From the NCBI GenBank assembly GCA_963704945.1, contig CAVPII010000014.1, positions 22,463-86,462 of the forward strand: a stretch of 64,000 nucleotides of DNA, in the 5' to 3' direction. The number at the start of each line of letters is the position of its first letter. Position 1 is the stretch's first letter. The notes under the pieces are model-generated. The model did not search any database, was not told where the DNA came from, and saw nothing but the letters and a program-made list of their open reading frames with translations. This DNA is from an uncultured cyanobacterium (GTDB lineage: Bacteria; Cyanobacteriota; Cyanobacteriia; Cyanobacteriales; Microcystaceae). The position numbers were made by a program, and so were the translations under genes. This document shows, one piece after another, positions 1-9,524 of this stretch.

Positions 1-552
1 GGGGGATGACGAACATTATCAACAGATTTTCAGTGGTTTTGCTGGTTGGGATGTGGTGACTCCGTTAAAATTTGCTAGCCCGATCGCCCCTCCCTTGGCC
101 GCTGAACGGGAAGGTAAAACCGTTGACTTGGCTGTGGTGTGGCAAACTTTGCAGGGTTTACAACAAAACCATAGCCGGGTGTTGGTAGAAGCCTTGGGCA
201 GTTTGGGGTCCCCGGTGACGGAGGAGTTAACGGTGGCGGACTTGGCGGGAATGTGGCGTTTGCCCACTGTCTTGGTGGTGCCGGTGCAATTGGGGGCTAT
301 GGGCAGGCGATCGCCCAGGTGGCCCTGGCAAGGGAGAAGAAGGTAAACCTCAAAGGATTGGTGCTCAGTTGCGGCACCCCAGAGGCGGAGATAAAGGTGG
401 AGGATTGGGCGACTAAGACGATGTTGGAATCCTTTACCCATTTACCGGTGCTGGGCACTGTCCCCTATTTAGAAGCTTCCGATTGTAAAAACCTAGGGCG
501 ATTAGCTGAGGTCACAACCAAGTTTAACCTTGAGCAGTTGGATTATTTTTAG
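1..552 (+). CDS. bioD: dethiobiotin synthetase, 5'-partial, apparent frameshift near 300
   Basis: ORF 53..346 ([32 protein letters not shown]) continues in ORF 253..552 ([25 protein letters not shown]). Adding one G at GCTATGGGCAG joins them. Confidence 0.8.
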
Positions 553-1639
553 GGTTCATCCCGGTGGGCTTCCGGCAAAATTACCATGGCATCCCCAAAG
601 GAGTAGAAGCGATATCCTTTGGCGATCGCCGTTTGGTAGAGGTCAATTAACCGTTCCCGACCAATGAGGGCACTGACTAACATTAACAGGCTCGATTTGG
701 GCAAATGGAAATTAGTAATCAATCCCTGTACTATTCGCCACTGGTAGCCTGGATAAATAAATAAATCCGTAGATCCTCGAAAAGGTTGCAGGGGTTGCCG
801 GGGAAAATCCCAGATCTGGGCAGTGCCTTCCAAGCATCGTACTACTGTTGTACCTACGGCAAAAATCCTCCCTCCCCGAGCCCTGGTCTCTTCAATGGCC
901 TGGACAGTTTCCATTGGTACGTCAATCCATTCTTGATGCATGGTGTGGTCAAGGATGTTTTCTGTTTCCACTGGGCGAAATGTGCCAATGCCCACATGGA
1001 GGGTAACTTTAGCGGTTTTAATGCCCTGGGTTGCCAATTTTTCCAACAACTCCTCGGTGAAATGGAGCCCCGCCGTGGGGCCGCCACCGCCCCCAATTTT
1101 TCTGCATAGATGGTTTGGTATTGATCCGCCGTTGCTTGGCGATCGCTCACATAGGGAGGAAAAGGAATTTCTCCATAGTCCGGCAAGACTTCCCATAGCC
1201 GTTGCCCCTTTGGTAATTCAAACTGTAATAATCTTCCCCCTGTCTCTTCATCCCGGTCTAAAATTGTGGCCCATAATTCGGGCTTGTTACCATCCAGGGA
1301 AGCAAATTTAATTTTCACCCCCGGTGGCAAACGTTTACCGGGCTTAACTAGGGCAATCCACTGAGTTTCGTTGCATTCTGTTAGTAACAAAATCTCCATA
1401 GCCACCCCATTTTCTTTGTGGCCATGTAAACGGGCGGGCATAACTTTTGTGTCATTGAGAACTAATAAATCCCCCGCCTGGAGATAATTTGGCAAATCAT
1501 AAAAATGACGGTGCTCCACCGTATCGGGGCCGTTAATCACCAATAACCGAGAATGATCCCTGGGGACAGCGGGACTCTGGGCAATGTAATCAGGAGGTAA
1601 TTTGTAGTCGTAACTGCTCAGGTTTTGGTCAAGGCTCAT
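549..1639 (-). CDS. queA: S-adenosylmethionine:tRNA ribosyltransferase-isomerase, apparent frameshift near 1078
   Basis: N-terminal [33 protein letters not shown]. The [13 protein letters not shown] motif is split across frames in a C-run. C-terminal [32 protein letters not shown]. Confidence 0.93.
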
Positions 1640-1670
1640 GGAAAGAATTTTGGCGAGTGTCGGCGAATAT

Positions 1671-2771
1671 CTAGGAAGGGTTAAGGGGGGTAGCTTCTGC
1701 CACCATGGGCGGTTCGGTTTTTGGGGCTAATCCCCGCAGGCGATCGGTAGTTACCTTTGACAGACTGGCCAGGGGCACCGCTACTAATAAACCTAAAATT
1801 CCCCCTAATTTGCCGCCTATAAATAGGGAGACAATAATCCACACAGGATTTAAGCCAGTGCGTTTACCCATCAATCTTGGGGAAACTACATTATCATTAA
1901 TTTGCCCAATAATCACTGCCACCAGGAGAATTTTTACCCCCAACCAAAAATTTTCTAACATCAGCAAAAGGCTAATAATTAAAATGCTTAAACCACTGGC
2001 AAAGGGAATTAGGGTACTGATGCCAATGGTAATGGCAAAAAGGATGGCATAGGGGGCTTGGAGCACGGTAAAAACCACCATCTGAGCCAAGGTCAAAATA
2101 CCCGCCAGAATTGCCTGGGTGGCAAAATACCCCTCGAAAGTGTCTCGAATTAAGTCCTGTAAATTCCGTTGCCAAGTTTGGGGAAACCAACTAAAAATGC
2201 CGTCCCAAATTCTTTCTCCCCCCAGCACCAGAAAAATAGTCAAAACCAATAAAATTAAGCCATTAATACTGGTACTAATGGTGACCCCCACTAGACCTAG
2301 GAGCTGATTTCCCAGGGAGTTGAGAACCAGGCTAAATTTTTGAATGGCTTGGCTGATTAGGGGTTGGAGATCAACTTCGATGTTGGCGTAATGCTCGTTT
2401 ACCCAGGCCTGAAGCATTAATAGTTGGGCATTGCCAGACCGTAACCAAGTCGGCAGATTTTCTAATAATTGCCCCAGTTGATCGATCGCCAGGGGAATGA
2501 CAATGAGTAGAAAAAGGCTGATAAAAACTAGGGCTATCAGGAGGACGCTGGTGATGGCCCAGGGCCGTTTAAACCCCTTTTCCACCAAAATTCTGACGGG
2601 AATATCCAGTAAAAAGGCGAACAGAACCGCCGCTATAAACAAACTGCTGAGGGGTTGGAGAAATCCCAGGACTTTATACAGTAGCCAGCCGTTGAGGAAA
2701 AATAGGGGAAACAGCAAACTGAGCCGCAACCAAGGGGGGGATTGTTTTAGTTCTTCCAACATGGCAGGCAA
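1671..2771 (-). CDS. AI-2E family membrane transporter
   Basis: Multi-TM protein of about 365 aa with [41 protein letters not shown], the typical AI-2E/PerM C-terminus. Confidence 0.85.
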   Translation of the reverse strand: MPAMLEELKQSPPWLRLSLLFPLFFLNGWLLYKVLGFLQPLSSLFIAAVLFAFLLDIPVRILVEKGFKRPWAITSVLLIALVFISLFLLIVIPLAIDQLGQLLENLPTWLRSGNAQLLMLQAWVNEHYANIEVDLQPLISQAIQKFSLVLNSLGNQLLGLVGVTISTSINGLILLVLTIFLVLGGERIWDGIFSWFPQTWQRNLQDLIRDTFEGYFATQAILAGILTLAQMVVFTVLQAPYAILFAITIGISTLIPFASGLSILIISLLLMLENFWLGVKILLVAVIIGQINDNVVSPRLMGKRTGLNPVWIIVSLFIGGKLGGILGLLVAVPLASLSKVTTDRLRGLAPKTEPPMVAEATPLNPS

Positions 2772-2914
2772 TGGACTATGGTAGTGGACTAATTGGCATA
2801 ACGCTTAACTACCCTAACTTATACCCAGCTCGCCCCCCTGGGGCCACCAAGCAGGAGCATCCCAGCGGCGATCGCCAACAACTACAATGGATCGGCACCC
2901 TTCAATACCTCACC

Positions 2915-3598
2915 ATGGCAGAAAAATCATCCCCCATCCCAACGCTGAAAAATACCATGGCCTTAGGCACCTGGGTCGTCGGTCTAACCACGGCGATCGC
3001 CACGGTAGCTATCTGGCAGGGGGTACAAAACCTAGTCCCCTGGACCCGCATCACCAACCAGGAACCCAATGTGGAAATTTCTACCCTTGTGGTGCAACAA
3101 ATCCGGGGCGTTAGTGAACTAACCACCACTGTCTTCGCCATGGAAACCGTGGTGCCCACCAGTCAAGAAAGACAATGGGGCAATGTGGTGCTGGGGCGCA
3201 CCGATTTACTCTACATCGGCTATGGGGAAGTCCGGGCTGGCATAGACCTGGGGCAACTAGATGAAGATAGCATCCGTTACCATGGCGACAAGTTAACCGT
3301 TACCCTGCCGCCGCCGCAGATATTAGATCAAAAAATTGATGTGGAACGTTCCCGTATTTATCAGTATGACCGGGGATTCCTTAACCTTGGCCCGGACACT
3401 GCTCCGGAATTACAAAACCTAGCCCAACGGCAAACCCTAGCTAAAATTACCGCCGCCGCCTGTGACCAAGGTATTTTAGACCAGGCCAATGAACGGGCCG
3501 AAATGGCAGTGGGTAGCTTACTGAAGGGAACGGGCTACAAAGAAGTGGAAATTAAAACCAGCATCCCCAGTACGTGCAAACCATCTACCCCATCTTGA
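2915..3598 (+). CDS. DUF4230-like membrane-anchored protein
   Basis: One N-terminal TM, then GEVRAGIDL and VTLPPPQIL, typical of DUF4230. Start probably ATG 2915 or 2957 rather than 2771. Confidence 0.7.
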   Translation: MAEKSSPIPTLKNTMALGTWVVGLTTAIATVAIWQGVQNLVPWTRITNQEPNVEISTLVVQQIRGVSELTTTVFAMETVVPTSQERQWGNVVLGRTDLLYIGYGEVRAGIDLGQLDEDSIRYHGDKLTVTLPPPQILDQKIDVERSRIYQYDRGFLNLGPDTAPELQNLAQRQTLAKITAAACDQGILDQANERAEMAVGSLLKGTGYKEVEIKTSIPSTCKPSTPS

Positions 3599-3651
3599 AC
3601 ATTGGAGACAATGCTGAGGTGACGAGATTTTCCAACTTTTAAAATGGGCTT

Positions 3652-4599
3652 TTACGAAACCTCGACCGGAGATTTTGAGGCAGTGAAATTCTTTGCGAAC
3701 GGAGGAGGCATATCCTTGGTCGCCGCAATAAGGTAATCCAAAAAGGTTTGGGTAATCACCGATAATTGTTTACCGGCTAAGTTAGCCACGTACCAACGGC
3801 GTTTGATGGGAAATTCATCAATGTCCAAAATGGTTAATTCGCTCCGGTTTCCCTCCGACACCAATGTATGTTGGGATAATACGGAAATCCCCATGCCCCC
3901 GGCGATCGTCTGTTTGATGGCCTCATTACTACCCAACTCCAGCCGCACCCGGACGCCCACAGAATGGCGATCAAACAAATTTTGCACCGCTAGACGAGTG
4001 CCGGACCCCTGCTCCCGCATAATAAATGCCTCGTCATTCAAGGCGGTAATAGGAATATTAGTCTGGCCAGCTAGGGGATGATCCTGACGGGCAATAACCA
4101 CCAACGGATTATCTAAAAAAGGCTCATAATTTAAATCAATTTCTTCCGGTGGCTCACTAACAATGTAGAGATCATCTTCATTGTTGAGCATACGATGGCG
4201 TATCTGTTCGTGGTTAGTCACCTTCAGAGACACTTCGATGCCGGGATATTTTTGGGTAAATTCTCCCAGGAGTCGGGGAATAAAATATTTGGCGGTGGTG
4301 ATGACCGCTAGGCGTAAACGACCCTGCTTGGTGCCCTTAATGTCTGCTACCTTCATGGCAAAGTTGTCCAACCGCTGGAAAACATCCTGGCAGGTAACCA
4401 ATAATTCCTGTCCCGCCTCGGTGAGATAGAGCCGTTTGCCAATTTGCTCGAATAGGGGTAAGCCGACGGTTTTGGACAATTGCTTAATTTGGCTCGATAC
4501 CGTCGGTTGGGTAATATAAAGTTCCTCCGCCGCCCTGGTGAAACTGCCGTGCCTCGCTGTGGCTTCAAAAACTTTCAGTTGGTGTAGGGTTGCTTGCAT
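3652..4599 (-). CDS. ndhR: LysR-family Ci-uptake repressor NdhR/CcmR
   Basis: LysR HTH (TLHQLKVFEATARHGSFTRAAEEL). Resembles PCC 6803 Sll1594 as recalled and is divergent from nhaS1. Confidence 0.88.
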   Translation of the reverse strand: MQATLHQLKVFEATARHGSFTRAAEELYITQPTVSSQIKQLSKTVGLPLFEQIGKRLYLTEAGQELLVTCQDVFQRLDNFAMKVADIKGTKQGRLRLAVITTAKYFIPRLLGEFTQKYPGIEVSLKVTNHEQIRHRMLNNEDDLYIVSEPPEEIDLNYEPFLDNPLVVIARQDHPLAGQTNIPITALNDEAFIMREQGSGTRLAVQNLFDRHSVGVRVRLELGSNEAIKQTIAGGMGISVLSQHTLVSEGNRSELTILDIDEFPIKRRWYVANLAGKQLSVITQTFLDYLIAATKDMPPPFAKNFTASKSPVEVS

Positions 4600-4699
4600 G
4601 ACCTAGATGGGGTGGGTGTTGGTAGAACCTAATGACATTTACTTCTTTGGAAATACCGGAACTCTCTATAGACTTGAGATTGTCGTTTTGTAAATAATG

Positions 4700-4715
4700 A
4701 TAGAATAGAACCAAT
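4700..4715. promoter_or_regulatory. candidate NdhR/LysR box ATAG-N8-CAAT in the ndhR/nhaS1 divergent promoter
   Basis: ATAGaatagaacCAAT is one mismatch from the recalled ATAG-N8-CTAT motif and lies between the regulator and its divergent neighbour. Confidence 0.4.
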
Positions 4716-4835
4716 GGTTTTGACAAGTTCACCGCCTCAATCAGCTACTAATGGCCAATTTGTCCCCGGTCTTTGCCCTAGCACCTTAGTGGGGCCATAA
4801 TAGGGAGGATTTTAGTCAGAAAGGAGCCAGAAACC

Positions 4836-6419
4836 GTGGATGTAGCGGTCAACGAGTCCATTTCCATTTCCCATAACCTAGAGCAATTTTTAATTGTACT
4901 TTCGGTTTCCCTTAGCATTGCGACCCTTTCCAAGACGGTGCCGATCCTCCGCAAAATTCCCTATACCTTGTTACTGGTAATTGTGGGAATGGTTTTGGCA
5001 TTTGTGGATGTGAAGTTAATTAATCTTTCCCCGGAATTAATTTTAGAAATTTTCCTACCGCCGTTATTGTTTGAAGCGGCTTGGAATTTACAGTGGCGCA
5101 ATCTGAAGAATAACTGGTTCCCCATTGTCCTCTTCGCCATTTTTGGGGTGATTATTTCCATTGTGGGTATTGCATTCCCCCTATCCCACTGGGGGGGCAT
5201 GGAATTGGCGATCGCCCTGTTGGTGGGGGCGGCCCTTTCCGCCACGGACCCGGTATCGGTGATAGCCCTATTCAAGGAGTTGGGAGCTAGTAAAAAGCTC
5301 AATACCCTAATGGAGGGGGAAAGCTTATTTAACGATGGGGTGGCGGTGGTGGCCTTTGTGCTTTTGGTGGGGGTTCCCCTGGGCACCAGCACCCTGGAAT
5401 TTTCCAGCACGATCGCCAAATTTAGCACCGTTGTTGGCATTGGGGTAGGGTGTGGTTTATTAATTGGCTTTGCCCTTTCCCTATTGACCCAGAGATTTGA
5501 CCTACCCTTTGTGGAACAATCCTTAACCCTAGTTTCTGCCTATGGCGCCTATATTCTGGCGGAAAACCTGGGGGGATCAGGGGTAATTGGGGTAGTGGTG
5601 GTGGGATTAGTGTTGGGCAACTACGGTTCCCGCATTGGCATGAATCCCCGCACCAGGGTGATTGTGACAATTTTTTGGGAATTTGTTGCCTTCTTTGTTA
5701 ACTCAATCATTTTCTTACTAATCGGCGATCAGATTGGTCTGAGCAGTTTGTCTGACCATCTCAATTTAATTTTGATTGCCATTGCTGCGGTGGTGGTGAC
5801 CCGTTTTGTAAGCATCTTCTCCCTGAGTTTTATCAACAATATAACCAGTGACAAAATCAGCAATGCCGAGATTACCCTTAAAGAACAGACTGTTCTTTGG
5901 TGGGGCGGTTTGCGGGGTTCCGTGTCCATTGCTGTGGCCCTGAGTGTACCCCAGGCGATCGCCGAAAGACAGACCATCATCGACATTGTCTTTGGGGTAG
6001 TGCTGTTCACCCTTTTGGTGCAGGGGCTAACCACCCAATTTGTACTCAAGGGTTTAGATTTAATTGGCGATCAACCCCAGCGCCAGGAATATGCGGAGTT
6101 AGTTTCCCGACAAATTGCCCTGCGGCGGGTTCTGCAAGAACTGCAAAATGCCGATGAATTTCCCGACATTAATCCAGAACGATTCCGCTATAAACAGGAA
6201 TTAGTCCATGGTGAACTAGCTAGCGTCACCGACAAACTTAAACAGTTATTGCAGGAGTATCCCCTGTTGCAGGAGGTGGCCAACAAAAAATTCGATGAAG
6301 CTGTGCTGGACATTGAAGCCCAAACCTATTCGGATTTAATTCGGATGGGGCGGTTGGAACAAAACTTGATTCCCCTCTTGGTAACCATCGAGGGAGAGAA
6401 CAAACTCCAGGAATCCTAG
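4836..6419 (+). CDS. nhaS1: CPA1-family Na+/H+ antiporter NhaS1
   Basis: 527 aa with IFLPPLLFEAAW, LSATDPVSV, EGESLFNDG and WGGLRGSVSIAVAL motifs. Confidence 0.9.
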   Translation: MDVAVNESISISHNLEQFLIVLSVSLSIATLSKTVPILRKIPYTLLLVIVGMVLAFVDVKLINLSPELILEIFLPPLLFEAAWNLQWRNLKNNWFPIVLFAIFGVIISIVGIAFPLSHWGGMELAIALLVGAALSATDPVSVIALFKELGASKKLNTLMEGESLFNDGVAVVAFVLLVGVPLGTSTLEFSSTIAKFSTVVGIGVGCGLLIGFALSLLTQRFDLPFVEQSLTLVSAYGAYILAENLGGSGVIGVVVVGLVLGNYGSRIGMNPRTRVIVTIFWEFVAFFVNSIIFLLIGDQIGLSSLSDHLNLILIAIAAVVVTRFVSIFSLSFINNITSDKISNAEITLKEQTVLWWGGLRGSVSIAVALSVPQAIAERQTIIDIVFGVVLFTLLVQGLTTQFVLKGLDLIGDQPQRQEYAELVSRQIALRRVLQELQNADEFPDINPERFRYKQELVHGELASVTDKLKQLLQEYPLLQEVANKKFDEAVLDIEAQTYSDLIRMGRLEQNLIPLLVTIEGENKLQES

Positions 6420-6443
6420 GAAGTTATTTAGAACAACTCCTCA

Positions 6444-6468
6444 CCCCCCCACTCTGGGGGATTTTTTT
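6444..6468 (+). terminator. intrinsic terminator between convergent nhaS1 and pilD
   Basis: CCCCC-ccactct-GGGGG hairpin followed by ATTTTTTT. Confidence 0.55.
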
Positions 6469-6480
6469 GTCGATGTTTGC

Positions 6481-7290
6481 TCAAAACTGGGGAGTGACGA
6501 AATTGAGGTAACCCGTCAGCAATTTTTCTCCCCAAAAGAGGCTAATGATGGCGGCGATCGCCAAGAAGGGCCCAAACGGGAAACCCTGTCGCCTTTGTAA
6601 TTTTCCCACTATTAGCCCTAAACCACCGTAGATACTGCCCAGGAAACAGGCAATGAAAGTGGTTAATAGGAGCATTTCCCAACCTAACCAGGCCCCCAGC
6701 ATGGCCGCTAATTTAGGGTCTCCGTCCCCCATACCCTCTTTGCCCAGGAGAAAACTTCCCCCCAAGCGGATCAAATCAAATAACCACAGCCCCAATACCG
6801 CCGCGGCGATCGCCTCCACCAGGGCCGGAATCGGGTTGCCGGTTTGCCAACCCAGGAAAAAATGAAACAGTAACCCCACCACTAAACCCGGTTTAGTCAA
6901 ACGATTGGGTAGGGTCATGGTGTCCCAATCAATCAAAGTGAGGGCGACTAAAAAGCTAATTAATATCCAATACCCAAGGGTTTGCCATTGCCAACCGCAA
7001 TACCAAAAAGTTAGGGCAAATAATAGTCCCGTAGCCGCTTCCACCACGGGATAACGAGGGGAAATAGCCACTCCACACCAACGACATTTTCCCCTCAGCC
7101 AGAGCCAACCCAGCACCGGCACATTTTCGGTTTTGCCCAGGGGATGTTCACAACTAGGACAACGGGAGGGGGGATGAATTAAAGATAGGCCGGCGGGAAT
7201 GCGATAGGCCACCACGTTGAGAAAACTACCAATGGCACAGCCAAAGGGGATAACAAAAAGCAGGGAAATTAGAACGATTAGGGGATCCAT
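6481..7290 (-). CDS. pilD: prepilin peptidase/N-methyltransferase
   Basis: [18 protein letters not shown] and CRWC Zn motifs, ISPRYP, GMGDGD catalytic motif, FPFGPFL. Confidence 0.93.
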   Translation of the reverse strand: MDPLIVLISLLFVIPFGCAIGSFLNVVAYRIPAGLSLIHPPSRCPSCEHPLGKTENVPVLGWLWLRGKCRWCGVAISPRYPVVEAATGLLFALTFWYCGWQWQTLGYWILISFLVALTLIDWDTMTLPNRLTKPGLVVGLLFHFFLGWQTGNPIPALVEAIAAAVLGLWLFDLIRLGGSFLLGKEGMGDGDPKLAAMLGAWLGWEMLLLTTFIACFLGSIYGGLGLIVGKLQRRQGFPFGPFLAIAAIISLFWGEKLLTGYLNFVTPQF

Positions 7291-7374
7291 GCTGGTCTCG
7301 GCTAAGGAAGGGCAGTATTAAACTGACAAAATTTGTTCAGCTATTTTCCAAACCCAATACTGCCCTAACTTTAT

Positions 7375-8719
7375 CCAAATATGGCACGGGAAAACCCTGC
7401 TCTTTAGGGCGGGGATGCGCCGAGTGCCTTAACTTCCCTCCTAGTGGGTTCCCAGCTTAAATCAGACTTATGCTGATTATGTTAGCATAACAGGATGAGG
7501 ATTTTAGAGTTCAAGGTCAAAGGAAAAAAGGAACAGTATCGCCAGATCGACGATGCCATCCGAACCGCACAGTTTGTGCGGAACAAAGCCTTGCGCTATT
7601 GGATGGACAATAAAGGGGTTAGCAAGTACGACCTCAACAAATATTGTGCCCAGTTAGCCAAGGAATTTCCCTTTGCCAATGAACTTAATTCGATGGCCAG
7701 ACAGTCTTCTGCTGAGAGGGCTTGGTCTGCCATTGCTCGTTTCTATGACAATTGCAAAAAACAAGTAAAGGGCAAAAAGGGGTTTCCAAAGTTCAAAAAA
7801 TATTCTCGGTCAGTGGAATACAAAACCTCTGGCTGGGCATTACTTGACCCCAAACACATTGAGTTTACTGATAAGAAAAAAATCGGCAAGCTCAAATTAG
7901 TTGGGACTTGGGATCTAGCCTTCTATGACCCGTCTCAAATCAAAAGAGTGCGATTACTCAAGAGGGCAGACGGCTACTATTGTCAGTTCTGCATAGCTGT
8001 TGATGTTGAAATCAAAACGGAACCCACCCATAAAACAGTGGGGTTGGACTTGGGCTTAAATTACTTCATTGCCACCAGTGATGGTGAGTTGGTGGAGTCT
8101 CCCAAGTTCTACCGGAAGTCCGAACGACAACTCAATCGAGCTAATCGCAAAAAGTCCAAAAAGTACCGCAAAGGTGCTAAACCTCAATCCCGTAACTATC
8201 ACAAGGCTAGAAACCGATATGCTCGGAAACATTTAAGAGTAAGTAGGCAACGTAATGAGTTTTGCAAACGAATTGCATACTGCGTAATCCAATCTCACGA
8301 TTTGGTCGCCTATGAAGACTTAAAGGTAAAGAACATGGTACGGAATCGACATCTAGCCAAGTCGATTAGTGATGCAGGATGGGCTACATTCCGTCAGTGG
8401 CTGGAGCATTTCGGGGTCAAATATGGCAAGGTAACTGTTGCCGTTCCACCCCATTACACCAGTCAAAATTGTTCCCAATGTGGGGAAACGGTTAAGAAAT
8501 CTCTCAGTGTTAGGACACATAATTGTCACCACTGTGGATATGTTGAAGACCGGGACGTAAATGCCGCCAAAGTCATCCTGCAACGGGCTTTAACTACCGT
8601 GGGGCACACGGAATGTAAGCTTCTGGAGATTGACCCTCTAGCTTCGTTGGAGCAATCCTGCGGGGTTACGGTTAGTCCGTGAAAGAAGAATCCCTTTCCT
8701 TTAGGGAAGGGAGTGTCAA
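7375..8719 (+). mobile_element. IS200/IS605-family (IS1341-type, tnpB-only) element, copy 1, 1345 bp, inserted 3' of TTAT
   Basis: Ends defined by comparison with copy 2 (60830..62174). TTAT at 7371-7374, left hairpin CCCTGCTC-TTTA-GGGCGGGG, right hairpin CCCTTTCC-TTTA-GGGAAGGG, terminal TCAA, no TSD. Confidence 0.92.
7495..8682 (+). CDS. tnpB: RNA-guided endonuclease TnpB
   Basis: RuvC-I GLDLG, RuvC-II AYEDL, Zn ribbon CSQCG/CHHCG and RuvC-III DRDVNAA are all intact. Confidence 0.95.
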   Translation: MRILEFKVKGKKEQYRQIDDAIRTAQFVRNKALRYWMDNKGVSKYDLNKYCAQLAKEFPFANELNSMARQSSAERAWSAIARFYDNCKKQVKGKKGFPKFKKYSRSVEYKTSGWALLDPKHIEFTDKKKIGKLKLVGTWDLAFYDPSQIKRVRLLKRADGYYCQFCIAVDVEIKTEPTHKTVGLDLGLNYFIATSDGELVESPKFYRKSERQLNRANRKKSKKYRKGAKPQSRNYHKARNRYARKHLRVSRQRNEFCKRIAYCVIQSHDLVAYEDLKVKNMVRNRHLAKSISDAGWATFRQWLEHFGVKYGKVTVAVPPHYTSQNCSQCGETVKKSLSVRTHNCHHCGYVEDRDVNAAKVILQRALTTVGHTECKLLEIDPLASLEQSCGVTVSP

Positions 8720-8724
8720 CCTGC

Positions 8725-9015
8725 CTAGTCGTTTAACTCTTTCTTAATTACCCGATAGTTTTGATCCAGATAAACTTCATATACCCGACCTCCCTCACAG
8801 ATTACGTCATCAATTTCAAAGCGTCCTTTGTCGATTTCAAAGTCTGCATATTTGAAAGAAGTACAGCCCATGGCATTGAGCGCTTGCATGATCCTTTCCC
8901 GTTCCTGGGGGGTAGCGTCCCGATCATTGTCGGCCTTGGCGATCGCCGCGGTCAGGGCCATTTCCAGCATGACCGCCCCGGCGAGTAGATAGCTCAGTTG
9001 CTTGATTAAATTCAT
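8725..9015 (-). CDS. small secreted PepSY-like protein
   Basis: Signal peptide, then an RFEIDDVIC..GRVYEVYLDQNYRVI PepSY-like pattern. Confidence 0.6.
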   Translation of the reverse strand: MNLIKQLSYLLAGAVMLEMALTAAIAKADNDRDATPQERERIMQALNAMGCTSFKYADFEIDKGRFEIDDVICEGGRVYEVYLDQNYRVIKKELND

Positions 9016-9260
9016 AGATATTTTCTCCTTAGAAACAATCTTCCTAGTGAACTTTTTTTAATTTAACCAGCCCCCGCCTTAATTTCAACTCCGATGTAAA
9101 CAGATTGGCGATCGCCTACGGGGGGGGAGATCCGGTCAACGGAGTCAGCCTCCACCAAGGGATTAAGATAGGTAAGGAATGTCATCGGTTAACCCTGTGG
9201 CGACATGGCGGGGGATTTTTGTTAATCAACCCCAGGAAAAATTTGTTGGCGATACTTTTT

Positions 9261-9512
9261 ATGAAAACCTTATTATTAACCTGGCTAGACCGCATTTTAA
9301 TTGCCGATGTCTTTTTGGTATTCTTTGGCTTTTTTTGGTTTGCCATCGCCGTGGTGGGGGAATCGACGGGTATTCCTTTGGGTTATCAAATCTGGCAAAA
9401 ACTCTGGATGCCTTTGTTTAACCCCGCCATCAGCATTTTAATTTTGGGGGCCATCAGTAGTTGGGCGATTAAAAAATTTTCCCAGTGGTTTTCCGCCAAA
9501 CAAGGGAGTTAA
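9261..9512 (+). CDS. conserved small two-TM membrane protein
   Basis: MKTLLLTWLDRILIADVFLV... has two hydrophobic segments and is apparently co-transcribed with the next gene. ATG 9261 is in frame with the ORF track. Confidence 0.65.
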   Translation: MKTLLLTWLDRILIADVFLVFFGFFWFAIAVVGESTGIPLGYQIWQKLWMPLFNPAISILILGAISSWAIKKFSQWFSAKQGS

Positions 9513-9524
9513 GGAGTTAAAACC

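Noticed and set aside
549-1639. Programmed frameshifting or phase variation in queA and other split genes
   Set aside because: The runs are short, many unrelated genes are affected, and assembly error is the simpler explanation.
7495-8682. TnpB as a Cas12f effector or a nuclease-dead regulator
   Set aside because: No CRISPR array nearby, transposon ends are present and the RuvC residues are intact in all three TnpBs.
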